Positions 1 through 9,170 of a stretch of 45,712 nt of DNA are shown in pieces. The DNA is from a virus (Duplodnaviria > Caudoviricetes). A model generated the notes under the pieces. It did not search any database. It saw nothing but the letters and a program-made list of their open reading frames with translations, and had not been told where the DNA came from. Made by a program: the position numbers and the translations under genes. Position 1 is the first letter of the stretch, and every line of letters begins with the position of its first letter. The DNA is taken from positions 1 to 45,712 of IMG/VR virus record IMGVR_UViG_3300008085_000051. One strand, written 5' to 3'.

Positions 1-123
1 CAATAATTAATGATATTTGTGAAGAATTAACTGACTTTTATTCTTTGTTAAAAGAAGAGAATGAAAGAGAAGATTTTAAAAAAGAATTATATGAATACGC
101 TAATAACTGGGAGAAAATACCTA
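1..123. repeat. Terminal overlap of the circular contig (identical to 45590-45712)
   Basis: caataattaatgatatttgtg...gagaaaataccta occurs at both ends of the window; it falls inside one ORF, as expected for an assembly overlap. Confidence 0.97.
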
Positions 124-983
124 AATATATTAAAATTTTTGAAAACGAACTAATTGATTTGTATAGGGATTTTAAGGAAAATAAAATCACAAAAAAAGAA
201 CTTGAAAAAAATATAAACACTATCTTACTGAATAAAGAAGATCAATTTAATGGTTTGTTTTTAAAAAAATTCTGCTTAGACGAAAAAAATCTATTAAAAC
301 AAATTATAAAAAATTTAATTTCAAAAATTCAAAGAACAAAAAAAATCGAACAAGAAAGAGGAACTTTACCAGCAGGAGACTTGCATAAAAATATTGAAAC
401 TGCTTTTAGAAGTGGATTTTACATGCACTTTCGTGATGTTATGAATTTTAACGGAAGTAAATATAAAATAAGTTTACCGAAGAAAATAGCAAACTATTAT
501 TTTGTAAGAGAGTTTTGTTATGGTTCAATGTTTCGTTTTAATTCAAATGGACATTTTAATATTCCTTATGGAGGAATAGGATATAATGCTAAAGATTTTA
601 GAAAAAAAGTTGATTACATTTTCAGTGATGAAGTAAAAAAAATATTCCAAAATACAATTATAAAAAATAAAGATTTTGAAGATTTTTTTAATGAATTTGA
701 GTTTTCTAAAAAAGATTTTATTTTCCTTGACCCTCCTTATGATACAGACTTTAGCGATTATGAAAAAAAATCATTTGATAAAAAAGATCAAGAAAGATTG
801 GCAAAATGTTTATACAAAACAAAAGCTAATTTTATTTTGATAATTAAAAAAACAGATTTTATTCATGACCTTTATAATAACAAAAAGAATATTAAAATTG
901 ATAGTTTTGAAAAATGCTATTTATATAATGTGAAAGGTAGAAATGATAGAGATGTAGAACATTTAATTATCTACAATTTTTAA
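1..983 (+). CDS. Dam/D12-class DNA adenine methyltransferase, 3' part (full gene 45445-45589 joined to 1-983, about 375 aa)
   Basis: FNIPYGG and FLDPPY motifs; in frame across the junction with an N-terminus carrying KWPGGK and EPFFGGG. Confidence 0.93.
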   Translation, partial: IINDICEELTDFYSLLKEENEREDFKKELYEYANNWEKIPKYIKIFENELIDLYRDFKENKITKKELEKNINTILLNKEDQFNGLFLKKFCLDEKNLLKQIIKNLISKIQRTKKIEQERGTLPAGDLHKNIETAFRSGFYMHFRDVMNFNGSKYKISLPKKIANYYFVREFCYGSMFRFNSNGHFNIPYGGIGYNAKDFRKKVDYIFSDEVKKIFQNTIIKNKDFEDFFNEFEFSKKDFIFLDPPYDTDFSDYEKKSFDKKDQERLAKCLYKTKANFILIIKKTDFIHDLYNNKKNIKIDSFEKCYLYNVKGRNDRDVEHLIIYNF

Positions 984-985
984 AT

Positions 986-1456
986 ATGAAAGAAATAAAT
1001 AAAATTATTCATGGAAATTGTATAGAAGAATTAAAAAAAATTCCTGATAATTCAATAGATTTAATTTTTGCAGACCCTCCATATTATTTACAATTACCTA
1101 AAGGAAAGAGATTAAAAAGAGCGAATGGAACTGAAGTCATTCCAGTTGATGATGAATGGGATAAATTTGAAAGTTATGAAGATTATGATAATTTTACAAA
1201 GTCTTGGCTTTCTGAGTGTCAAAGAATAATAAAGCCAACTGGTTCAATTTGGGTAATCGGAATGTATCACAATATTTTTAGAGTTGGTACTATTATGCAA
1301 AATTTAGGAATTTGGTTTTTAAATGATGTAATTTGGATAAAAACAGATGCACTTCCAAATTTAAACGGAAGAAGGTTTACAAATAATCACGAAACTTTGA
1401 TTTGGGCTATAAAAGATAAAACTCACAAAAACCGAAAGGTTTATAAAACAAACTAA
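986..1456 (+). pseudogene. Truncated beta-class (CcrM/M.HinfI-like) DNA adenine methyltransferase
   Basis: DLIFADPPY, DDEWDKF, WVIGMYHNIFRVG, NDVIW and HETLIWA all present; homology stops at about 1414 with no FxGxG SAM motif; last 13 aa come from the 70-bp repeat. Confidence 0.85.
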
Positions 1457-1484
1457 CAAACAAGATATAAATATGGTTAAGATA
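1415..1484 (+). repeat. 70-bp direct repeat, copy 1 (contains BRE/TATA promoter and ATG)
   Basis: Matches 45361-45430 with 2 mismatches. Confidence 0.95.
1433..1447 (+). promoter_or_regulatory. Archaeal-type BRE+TATA promoter
   Basis: cgaaaggTTTATAAA; ATG at 1473 is 33 nt from the TATA start. Confidence 0.8.
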
Positions 1485-1724
1485 TATAATATTCACTCAA
1501 ACACTATTTCTAAAGATGATTTAGTAGAATTATCTAAATCTTTAGAATCAGGAAAAGATGTTTATTTACTGAATGAAGATTTTAGATATGAAATAATTGA
1601 TTTTGATAAATTACAAATAACAAAATCTAAAAATTATGTTAAAAACATTTATGCTTTTTATATAAAAATAAAAAATACCTTTAAAAAAAGAAATGTTTTA
1701 AAGGGAGGTAAAAAAGATGAGTAG
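1473..1724 (+). CDS. Hypothetical protein
   Basis: 83-aa ORF with leaderless start, overlapping the portal start. Confidence 0.7.
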   Translation: MVKIYNIHSNTISKDDLVELSKSLESGKDVYLLNEDFRYEIIDFDKLQITKSKNYVKNIYAFYIKIKNTFKKRNVLKGGKKDE

Positions 1725-2961
1725 ATTTGTTACAGGTAAAAAACAAGCAAAAAGAAATGTTTATACTGCTACAGGTAGTAATCCTCATGATGTGTCAAGC
1801 ACCCCAAGTACGGATTTCGTCAAATACATTAAAGACGACGCAGTTCTTAACTCTAATTTAAGACAACTTCAAGATGGTGTGTTTGAGAATTATCCACGAG
1901 TGGATGAAAATAAAAACCCTAACGCAAAAGAACAGAATGAACAACTACAAAAAGTAGGATTTGGTAAGAAATTCAAAAATCAGTTTGCAGCTATATGGCA
2001 TAATGGTAATAAATATTTTGAGATTGATGTATTAGGTAATAAATTAATAGGATTCTATGAGATTGATGCTGAGACTATGACTGCTGTTGAGAATGATAAT
2101 GGAGAGATTGTTGAATATAAACAAACTTTAGGTCCTAATGTTGATATAATCCTACCTAAAGAGAAAATAATTCACATTAAAGCACCAAGTTTAAGAACAG
2201 GAGCAATAGGTGAAGCTTTATTAACTCCTTTAAAGTATCCTTTAGCAAGAAAAAAAAGAGCTGAAAATATGATGGCAGGTATGCTTGAAAATTTACAAAC
2301 TTTATTAACAATTAGACTTAGTGAATCTGATGATGACCAAGCAAAAGCAATTAAGAATGAATTAAGGGCAAAAAGAGAACCTACGGACTTACTTAGAATA
2401 TTAACTTTACTTGAAGGGGAAGATGTGCAAAGATTAGACACTGGAACTACACTTAACTTCACAGCAATTCAAGATTATATTAACGCACAAAATGATGAGA
2501 TTATAAGAGTAGTTCAAATCCCTCCTATTGTAGCAGGGACTGTGGATAACTCTAATAGAAGTAACTCTGAAATCCAAGAAAGGGCAGTATTTGGTAGAGT
2601 TGCACATGCTTGGCAGAATTTCTTTGTAAATGAACTTAATAATGAGTTCAGAGAGAAAGTAGGTTGGAAAGATGTTAGTTTTGAATTTCCTCAAGCAGAT
2701 GATAGAAAACAAGAAGCCGCATTAGTTAGGGCTATGAAGTTTAAAGAACTAGGATATAAACCTGAAGCAATACATGAAGTATTAATGGAAGCGGGATTTA
2801 GGATTAAACCCGAGTTTATTGAAGAGGACAAAGATTTAGGTGTTAAGAAAGATATCGATGAGATGCCTTCAAGACAACCAAGACCTAAAGATGGTATTCC
2901 TCAAAACGAAGAAAAAAGACTTACTGATGTTAAGAACAAAACTAAAAAGGTGTCACAATGA
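1717..2961 (+). CDS. Portal protein
   Basis: 414 aa; position between terminase and head genes; GNKYFEI, EKIIHIK, IPPIVAG...NRSNSE motifs resemble HK97-type portals. Confidence 0.85.
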   Translation: MSRFVTGKKQAKRNVYTATGSNPHDVSSTPSTDFVKYIKDDAVLNSNLRQLQDGVFENYPRVDENKNPNAKEQNEQLQKVGFGKKFKNQFAAIWHNGNKYFEIDVLGNKLIGFYEIDAETMTAVENDNGEIVEYKQTLGPNVDIILPKEKIIHIKAPSLRTGAIGEALLTPLKYPLARKKRAENMMAGMLENLQTLLTIRLSESDDDQAKAIKNELRAKREPTDLLRILTLLEGEDVQRLDTGTTLNFTAIQDYINAQNDEIIRVVQIPPIVAGTVDNSNRSNSEIQERAVFGRVAHAWQNFFVNELNNEFREKVGWKDVSFEFPQADDRKQEAALVRAMKFKELGYKPEAIHEVLMEAGFRIKPEFIEEDKDLGVKKDIDEMPSRQPRPKDGIPQNEEKRLTDVKNKTKKVSQ

Positions 2962-3533
2962 AACAAGAAATATTTGACAAAGCATATTACCTTGCAAGAG
3001 AGAAACATTCAGTAATTGATTCTTTAGATATTGCTTCAAGAGTAATAAAAAATTACAAACCTGAAGTTACAGGTAAAAAGAGTTTTAGTTTAAACACAGA
3101 GAATTATAACTCAGGAAATATAATTGATATACTTGTAGGCTATCCTGAGAAAGATACGGAAGCTATTTATGGTGGAGTTGAGTTAGACCCTAGTGGTTGG
3201 AAGAATGTCCCTAAAAATCCACTTACATTCGATTTAAATCATTTTGGTTATGATGTAGTGCGAGGAGTTAGAAACGACCTTGAAGAAAAATGGCAAGACT
3301 TTAATGTTAAAGTATCTGATTGGTATTATGATGGAGAAGGATTAAAGGCAAAAGCATATATCCCTGAATCTGACAAGGGTAAAGAATTCTTAGACAAATA
3401 TAAACGAGGAGAATTTGGAGTTAGTGTAGAATATAAGGGTTTAGAAGATGGTAAAATAATTAAAGATTGGGAAATTACTGGTGGAACATTCCATACTGAC
3501 CCAAGTTACACAAAAACCAAACCTAAGAAATAA
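2958..3533 (+). CDS. Probable prohead protease
   Basis: Follows portal; DLNH, GLKAKA, FGVSVEY and GTFHTDPSY resemble the HK97-type maturation protease pattern. Confidence 0.6.
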   Translation: MKQEIFDKAYYLAREKHSVIDSLDIASRVIKNYKPEVTGKKSFSLNTENYNSGNIIDILVGYPEKDTEAIYGGVELDPSGWKNVPKNPLTFDLNHFGYDVVRGVRNDLEEKWQDFNVKVSDWYYDGEGLKAKAYIPESDKGKEFLDKYKRGEFGVSVEYKGLEDGKIIKDWEITGGTFHTDPSYTKTKPKK

Positions 3534-3560
3534 TCTTTTCTATTTTTGTTCTTTCAAAAA

Positions 3561-3575
3561 GCAAAGGTTTATAAA
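3561..3575 (+). promoter_or_regulatory. BRE+TATA promoter
   Basis: gcaaaggTTTATAAA following a T-rich tract. Confidence 0.75.
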
Positions 3576-3627
3576 CTTAGGGATATATATTATATATATT
3601 GGTTAGATTTAACCAGTATTATATAAA

Positions 3628-4005
3628 ATGGAAAAAGGACAAGAAAGAATTATTGAAGTGGCTAAGAATCATTTAGATAATCTAAAAGATAAACAAAAGA
3701 TTCTAAAAAACAGGTTAGAATATATTAAATTGATAGATGATGTTCAATTTATGCCAAATAATCCTTCTAGAAAATTTGAAGAAGATGCTAATTATGTTAT
3801 GACTGAGAGGGATTTATACTTGAACTCGTTAGAAACTGAGATTAACAAAATGGATGGACAAATTGAAGGTCAAGAAGAATTAATCTTTAAATTAAGTGAA
3901 GAGGGTATGAAACAATATGAAGAAGGACTTAAAAGAGAAAAAGAATACAACGACTTAGAATATAAAGTCCAAGAACTAGAACTAAAACTACAACAAAAAG
4001 AATAA
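3628..4005 (+). CDS. Hypothetical coiled-coil protein
   Basis: 125-aa E/K-rich ORF in the head operon. Confidence 0.75.
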   Translation: MEKGQERIIEVAKNHLDNLKDKQKILKNRLEYIKLIDDVQFMPNNPSRKFEEDANYVMTERDLYLNSLETEINKMDGQIEGQEELIFKLSEEGMKQYEEGLKREKEYNDLEYKVQELELKLQQKE

Positions 4006-4008
4006 ATA

Positions 4009-4254
4009 ATGGTATTTCAAAAAGGACATAAAAAAAAATCTAAAACTGTAGAAGAATTAGATAATAAAGAACAATATGGTTTAATTGAAGATGAATCTAA
4101 ATTAAATGAAGATGAATACATCAATAAAGTAATGAAAGCTTTAGGTTATGAGAAAAAAAGGGCAATGAATTATAATTATTATATTAAATCAGGTATGAAA
4201 GTACAAAGTTTATTCAAAGAAAAAGAATTAAAAGAGATATTTAAAAATGAGTGA
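4009..4254 (+). CDS. Hypothetical protein
   Basis: 81-aa ORF, N-terminal FQKGH, tightly packed with neighbours. Confidence 0.7.
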   Translation: MVFQKGHKKKSKTVEELDNKEQYGLIEDESKLNEDEYINKVMKALGYEKKRAMNYNYYIKSGMKVQSLFKEKELKEIFKNE

Positions 4255-4636
4255 AGAAAAAATTGATATTACAAAACAAGCAGAAGATTTAGCAAACGAG
4301 AAATTAGCAAAACTTAACCAAGAAAAAGAATTAAGTAAGGTATCTGACCTTGAAGCTAAATTAGCCGAATATCAAAAGAAAGAACAAGAAGCCTTAGCCT
4401 TAGAAGAAGAGAAAAAGAAATCTGAAATTTCTAAAAGACTAGAAGAACTAGAAAAAGCTAGAGAAGAAGATAAAAAGTCTTATGAAGATAAATTAGAGAA
4501 ATTATCTACTAGACAGTCTTCAGGTAAGGTTAAAACTGACCCTAAGGAAGCTTTGACTAGAGAAGAATACGAAGCAAACAAATCACAGTACAATCAAATA
4601 TTAGCTAAACATATATTGGAGAATAAAACTCTTTAA
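4247..4636 (+). CDS. Probable capsid scaffolding protein
   Basis: Charged coiled-coil ORF immediately upstream of the capsid gene. Confidence 0.6.
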   Translation: MSEEKIDITKQAEDLANEKLAKLNQEKELSKVSDLEAKLAEYQKKEQEALALEEEKKKSEISKRLEELEKAREEDKKSYEDKLEKLSTRQSSGKVKTDPKEALTREEYEANKSQYNQILAKHILENKTL

Positions 4637-4690
4637 TATTTTATTTTTTAACAAAAAACTCAAGTTATATTCATTTATTCTAAAAACAAC

Positions 4691-4705
4691 CGAAAGATTT
4701 ATAAA
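4691..4705 (+). promoter_or_regulatory. BRE+TATA promoter of the capsid gene
   Basis: cgaaagaTTTATAAA. Confidence 0.8.
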
Positions 4706-4762
4706 CTAAATGTGTTAATAAGTTATTCTTATGTTAGGGGCGCCCTGACTGACTTATAACAA

Positions 4763-5641
4763 ATGGCTATAACAAACGCAAACACAATTAAACCTGGTGA
4801 TTCAACAATCATCGCAGCAATTAGAGAATATTTCCAAGAAGATATTCAAAAAAAAGTATATGAAGCATCTATTTCTAGGAATTTACCTGGTGCAGTTACA
4901 ATTGTAGCAAATTACGCACAAGGTGTAGCAGATAGATACCAATGGACAAAATCAAGTGGTATTACTACAACAGCAACTGATAGATATGATATTGCAAGTA
5001 CAGATTTAAAACTACCTGTAGTTGAGTACGCAGTAACAAAAGATTATGTTGATGCAACTTTCAAAGGTGGAGTAGTATCTGAGAGAGAAGATGTAATGAT
5101 GGACCAAGAAGCTTACATTATGGGCGATATTCAAGAATCTCTAGTTAATGATTTAGCTAAAAAAGAGAACGAATTATTCGCAACAGTAGTATTAGCAGGT
5201 ACAGCAGTTACAGGTTCCACTTCAACTGTAGATTTAACAGTAACTTCAAGTAGATTTGGTGTAACTCAAATGAGAGCTGCAACAGCAGACCGAGGTACTT
5301 GTAGATATATTATAATGCATCCAAACATGACACAAGGTCTAGCGGATTTCATGAGTGACGCATCCAAAGCAGGAGACAACAGATTCTTAAGAGAAAATGT
5401 AGTTGGTATGTTACATGGAGCTAATGTTGTTCAATCTACATACGTTACAGATGGTAAAGTAGTTTACTTAGGTGACGATGCAGTAGTATTATTCGAAAGA
5501 AAACCTTACACATTAGCAGTTGCACAAGACCAAATTGACGACTTATTTTACAAGTTCGCTATCAAAGCAAGATTTGGTATGAAAATCAAAAGAGCTAACA
5601 GATGTTTAGTTGGAACTTTTGCTACAGAGATTATTTCATAA
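4763..5641 (+). CDS. Major capsid protein (HK97 fold)
   Basis: 292 aa; YIIMHP, VGMLHGANVVQS, ARFGMK pattern; position; biased codon usage suggesting high expression. Confidence 0.88.
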   Translation: MAITNANTIKPGDSTIIAAIREYFQEDIQKKVYEASISRNLPGAVTIVANYAQGVADRYQWTKSSGITTTATDRYDIASTDLKLPVVEYAVTKDYVDATFKGGVVSEREDVMMDQEAYIMGDIQESLVNDLAKKENELFATVVLAGTAVTGSTSTVDLTVTSSRFGVTQMRAATADRGTCRYIIMHPNMTQGLADFMSDASKAGDNRFLRENVVGMLHGANVVQSTYVTDGKVVYLGDDAVVLFERKPYTLAVAQDQIDDLFYKFAIKARFGMKIKRANRCLVGTFATEIIS

Positions 5642-5714
5642 ATAATCTTTTAATTTTAAAAAACACATTTTTTCTATTTATTTATAAACTCACTAATTAT
5701 TTTATCAAAAAAAA

Positions 5715-5729
5715 CGATAAGCATATAAA
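5715..5729 (+). promoter_or_regulatory. BRE+TATA-like promoter
   Basis: cgataagcATATAAA; ATG at 5755 at the usual 33-nt spacing. Confidence 0.6.
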
Positions 5730-5754
5730 GATAGAAATACATATATAATAACAA

Positions 5755-6369
5755 ATGGATAAAAAATTTATCGCAGCTGTAGTATTATCATTAATTGGTG
5801 GTGCAACCTTAGGGGCAACTTTGTTCCCTGTAGAAAAAGAAGTAGAAACAATTGTTAATAAGGCAATTGAAGTTCCAGTAATTGAATATCAAGAAATTTT
5901 AGTAGACGTGCCAGTAACTGAATATGTTAATATCACAAAAGAAGTTTTAGTTGATAACGAAAACCTTGATGAAGTATTAAAACATATTTATGACAATGAA
6001 GGTTCAGTAGAATATTTAGTTAACGATTTAGATGATGATGAATTAGATTTAATAGTAGATAGAATTGTATTCAGTAATGAAATTAAAACTTTATCTATCC
6101 AAGCAATTAAGGATGATTTAATTGATGAAATTGATGGTGAAATAGTCAATAGAGTAAAACTTCATGATAGATTAATTGAAAGATTAAAAATTAATGATGA
6201 AGAAGATGAAATTTTAATCAAAACTGTAGATTTTGAAGATAAAGATGCAGAAGTAGAAGTATTAGGTACATTTGAACAAGATGATATTAAATACAATTTT
6301 ACTGCTATTGTAGAGTTCAAAGATGGACTTTATGAAGAGATTAAAAGTTTTGAAGTTACTTTAAACTAA
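5755..6369 (+). CDS. Acidic protein with N-terminal signal/transmembrane anchor
   Basis: MDKKFIAAVVLSLIGGATLGATLFP hydrophobic N-terminus, then a V/E/P-rich stalk and a D/E-rich domain. Confidence 0.8.
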   Translation: MDKKFIAAVVLSLIGGATLGATLFPVEKEVETIVNKAIEVPVIEYQEILVDVPVTEYVNITKEVLVDNENLDEVLKHIYDNEGSVEYLVNDLDDDELDLIVDRIVFSNEIKTLSIQAIKDDLIDEIDGEIVNRVKLHDRLIERLKINDEEDEILIKTVDFEDKDAEVEVLGTFEQDDIKYNFTAIVEFKDGLYEEIKSFEVTLN

Positions 6370-6383
6370 CTTCTTTTTAAAAT

Positions 6384-6398
6384 ACAAACATTTATAAA
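6384..6398 (+). promoter_or_regulatory. BRE+TATA promoter
   Basis: acaaacaTTTATAAA; ATG at 6420 at 29 nt. Confidence 0.7.
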
Positions 6399-6419
6399 CT
6401 TCTAAAGACATAGTATTAT

Positions 6420-8084
6420 ATGGAAACTATAATAGTATCTATGTGTACATATAAATATAATGATTGGATTATTTATTTCTATAATGGAATAAGAAAATAT
6501 AATCCTGATATGAGAATAATAATTTATTTAATAAACTATCCTCCAGAACATGCTAATTTACTTAGATGTTTTTTCTCAGATGTAACTTTCATTGAAAAAA
6601 AAGGTAATTTTAAACTAAAACCTACATATAACGAAATGAAAGAAAAAGAGTGTGTTACCTATCTTAAAGGGACTTTTGTTAGGGAAACAATAGCTCTTAC
6701 AAATAAACCTGTAATGTGGGTAGATATTACTGCTTTAATAAGAACGGACTTAAGTGAGATTAATGATTTATTATTAAAGAATGATATAATTCTTAATAGA
6801 AGAGATTTTACTAAAGATGAAGGGACTAAAGTAATTGCAGCAGAGATATTTGGTATAAGAGATTATAAATTAGCACAATTCTATGAAAAAGAATGTTTAA
6901 AAGATGTAACTAATTGGTATCAAGACCAAACTTCTTTAGCTACATTATTAAGAGTTAAAGATATAAATATAGATTATATTAAATTTGGAGAATATAGTAA
7001 TTTCCATTTTGAATCTAATGCCAAATCTTGGAGTGATAGAGGAAGGACAGGGAATGGAACTTTTAATAAAGATGACAAAGATTATAATTTTGAAATGTAT
7101 TATAAAGATTTAAAATCTGATTACTTTGATAAAGAATTAGATTTATTCAATGATTTATTCAATGAAAATAAACCAAATATTATGTGTTATATTGATGAAG
7201 ATAGGTGGTGTTATTATACTACTGCTATGAAATTATGTAAGTATTTATCTAAAAATTTTTATATAAGTATAGTAAGAAATGTTTATGTTGATAGAAATAT
7301 AGTAGATAATTTCAATGGTGATTTAGTCTGGGCAAGATGTAGCTCACAAAGATTAAAACCTTTACTTAATATTCGTCCCGATTTGAAAGATAAGTTTATA
7401 TCTACGATGACTACGGGAGGAGAGTTATTAGATTCAAGAGTTGAATTACATATAAAAAATGCTTCTGAATCAAAATATATTTTAACTCAAAACTATGAAT
7501 CATATAAAAAGTTATTAGAAACAAATCAAAAACCTATATTAATTCCTAATGGGGTAGAACTTAATAGATTCAAACCTGTAACTCGTGACCCTACAAAAAG
7601 ATTTATAGTAGGTTTTGCTGGAAGACATAACACATCTTTAACAGATATACAAAAAGGATATACTGAGTATTTTGTAACACCTTGTAAAGAATTAAGTTTA
7701 GAAACCAAAGAAGGTAACTCAGGAGTAGGATTTATTCCTCATAGTTATATGTATAAATTTTACAATGATATTGATGTATTGATTCAAGTAAGTTGTAGTG
7801 AAGGTTGTAGTAATACTATAATGGAAGCAATGTCTAGTGGTATTCCTTGCATTATTTCTAGAGTAGGTTATCATGGAGAGAACTGTGAAGATAATCATAA
7901 CGTATTATTTGTAGATAGAGATAAAGAACAAGTTAAAGAAGCTTTAATTAAACTAAAAGATAAAGAGTTTTATGATAAAATATCTAAAAATGCAAGAGAT
8001 TTTGCTGAAAATCACTCTTGGGAGATTATGGCCGATAAATTTAAAGAAACATTCCAACAAATATTAAAAAATGAGATTAAATAA
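6420..8084 (+). CDS. Two-domain glycosyltransferase (GT-A-like N-terminus plus GT4/GT-B C-terminus)
   Basis: VMWVD and WYQDQ in the N-terminal half; IPNGV, GFAGR and SEGCSNTIMEAMSSGIPCI (EX7E) in the C-terminal half. Confidence 0.9.
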   Translation: METIIVSMCTYKYNDWIIYFYNGIRKYNPDMRIIIYLINYPPEHANLLRCFFSDVTFIEKKGNFKLKPTYNEMKEKECVTYLKGTFVRETIALTNKPVMWVDITALIRTDLSEINDLLLKNDIILNRRDFTKDEGTKVIAAEIFGIRDYKLAQFYEKECLKDVTNWYQDQTSLATLLRVKDINIDYIKFGEYSNFHFESNAKSWSDRGRTGNGTFNKDDKDYNFEMYYKDLKSDYFDKELDLFNDLFNENKPNIMCYIDEDRWCYYTTAMKLCKYLSKNFYISIVRNVYVDRNIVDNFNGDLVWARCSSQRLKPLLNIRPDLKDKFISTMTTGGELLDSRVELHIKNASESKYILTQNYESYKKLLETNQKPILIPNGVELNRFKPVTRDPTKRFIVGFAGRHNTSLTDIQKGYTEYFVTPCKELSLETKEGNSGVGFIPHSYMYKFYNDIDVLIQVSCSEGCSNTIMEAMSSGIPCIISRVGYHGENCEDNHNVLFVDRDKEQVKEALIKLKDKEFYDKISKNARDFAENHSWEIMADKFKETFQQILKNEIK

Positions 8085-8694
8085 ACTAAAGATAAATAAA
8101 GAAACTGAGAGATTAATAAGATTACAAAGGACTTCGTTAGGTGAAGATATCTCGGAAGAGTATCTGACTTCTCTAAGACAAGATTATGATTCTATAAAGG
8201 ATTATATAGGTGAACCTAAAAAAGTCTTAGATATTGGCTGTGGGATAGGAGGAATAGGATTATTTTTAGATAACTTAGCAGAAGAGTTTTACTTATTTGA
8301 TAAAACTGGTGAAAATAAAGATTTATATTATGGATATAAACCTGAGGGTTGTTTTTATAACAGTCTTGAATTAGCAGAGAAGTTTTTAAGAGATAATGGT
8401 TTTAAATCTAATTTAACTTTATTAGACTTAAGTGAAGGACAAAATATATCTAATTTAAAAGATATAGATTTAGTTATTAGTTTAATTTCTTGGGGTTTTC
8501 ATTATCCTGTAAAGACTTATTTAAAACAAGTAGATAATTTATTGTCTGAAAATGGAAAAATTATAATTGATTTAAGAAAACTAGCTTTCGACGAGAACCT
8601 AAAAGAATTTATAGACTTAGGTTATACTTATCAAGTTATAAAGGAATACCAAAAACATTATAGAGTTTTATTAACAAAAAGCAAAGATTTATAA
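8071..8694 (+). CDS. Class I SAM-dependent methyltransferase
   Basis: VLDIGCGIGG motif I; DLVISLISWGFH. Confidence 0.9.
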   Translation: MRLNKLKINKETERLIRLQRTSLGEDISEEYLTSLRQDYDSIKDYIGEPKKVLDIGCGIGGIGLFLDNLAEEFYLFDKTGENKDLYYGYKPEGCFYNSLELAEKFLRDNGFKSNLTLLDLSEGQNISNLKDIDLVISLISWGFHYPVKTYLKQVDNLLSENGKIIIDLRKLAFDENLKEFIDLGYTYQVIKEYQKHYRVLLTKSKDL

Positions 8695-8695
8695 A
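8681..8695 (+). promoter_or_regulatory. BRE+TATA promoter of the candidate ncRNA
   Basis: gcaaagaTTTATAAA, overlapping the stop codon of the upstream gene. Confidence 0.75.
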
Positions 8696-8716
8696 TACAA
8701 GAATACATATAGTATT

Positions 8717-9163
8717 ATGGCTGAAAAGGATGTGAATTCATCCCTTGTTTGCTTGGCAATGAAAAGGCACAATTTTAAGTACTGAAAAGTATTTAGGGTT
8801 GGTACCGAGTAATTATGTCCCCTAAGGTGGAGAAAACATCAGGATTGGTCTAATCTTGATGAACTTATGCACTCACACATTAAGTAACAAAATCTAGATA
8901 AAATATAGACAAGCTGTGTGGGTTTATCTAAATCCTTATTGACGAATAAGACAAATTTAGAGATGACTGAATAAGGGTACATATATGAAAGGTTGTAGGT
9001 ATTAAAAGAGTCCTACTAAACGAAGTAAAGCATGAACACCTTTACTTCAAGTGGAGTAGTGCATAAACACACTTAAACTGGTTGCCCAACGTTTGTCTAC
9101 ATTAACGAAAATATTATAAAAATGTGGGAGTCCTCGACATGGCTAATAACTGTCGAACTTTTA
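8717..9163 (+). ncRNA. Candidate large structured ncRNA (about 445 nt), family unknown
   Basis: No ORF of 60 aa or more; own promoter; at least 9 helices including a GAAA tetraloop, a long-range 9-bp pair and a 3' hairpin followed by a T-tract. Confidence 0.7.
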
Positions 9164-9170
9164 TTCTAAA

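Noticed and set aside
1-123. Biological terminal repeat
   Set aside because: Lies mid-gene and is best explained as an assembly overlap of a circular or permuted genome
1415-1484. attL/attR of an integrated provirus
   Set aside because: No integrase seen; the repeat is a viral promoter and the flanks join into one continuous 1.6-kb cassette. A misassembly cannot be excluded without reads
8717-8785. 22-aa ORF MAEKDVNSSLVCLAMKRHNFKY at the leaderless position
   Set aside because: Explains only a small part of the gap and overlaps helices; cannot be excluded but is unsupported
8717-9163. RNase P RNA, group I intron or tmRNA identity
   Set aside because: ACATGGCT near 9138 resembles the B-type RNase P 3' P4 strand, but there is no GAGGAAAGUCC partner; no convincing P/Q/R/S elements, no interrupted gene and no tRNA-like ends
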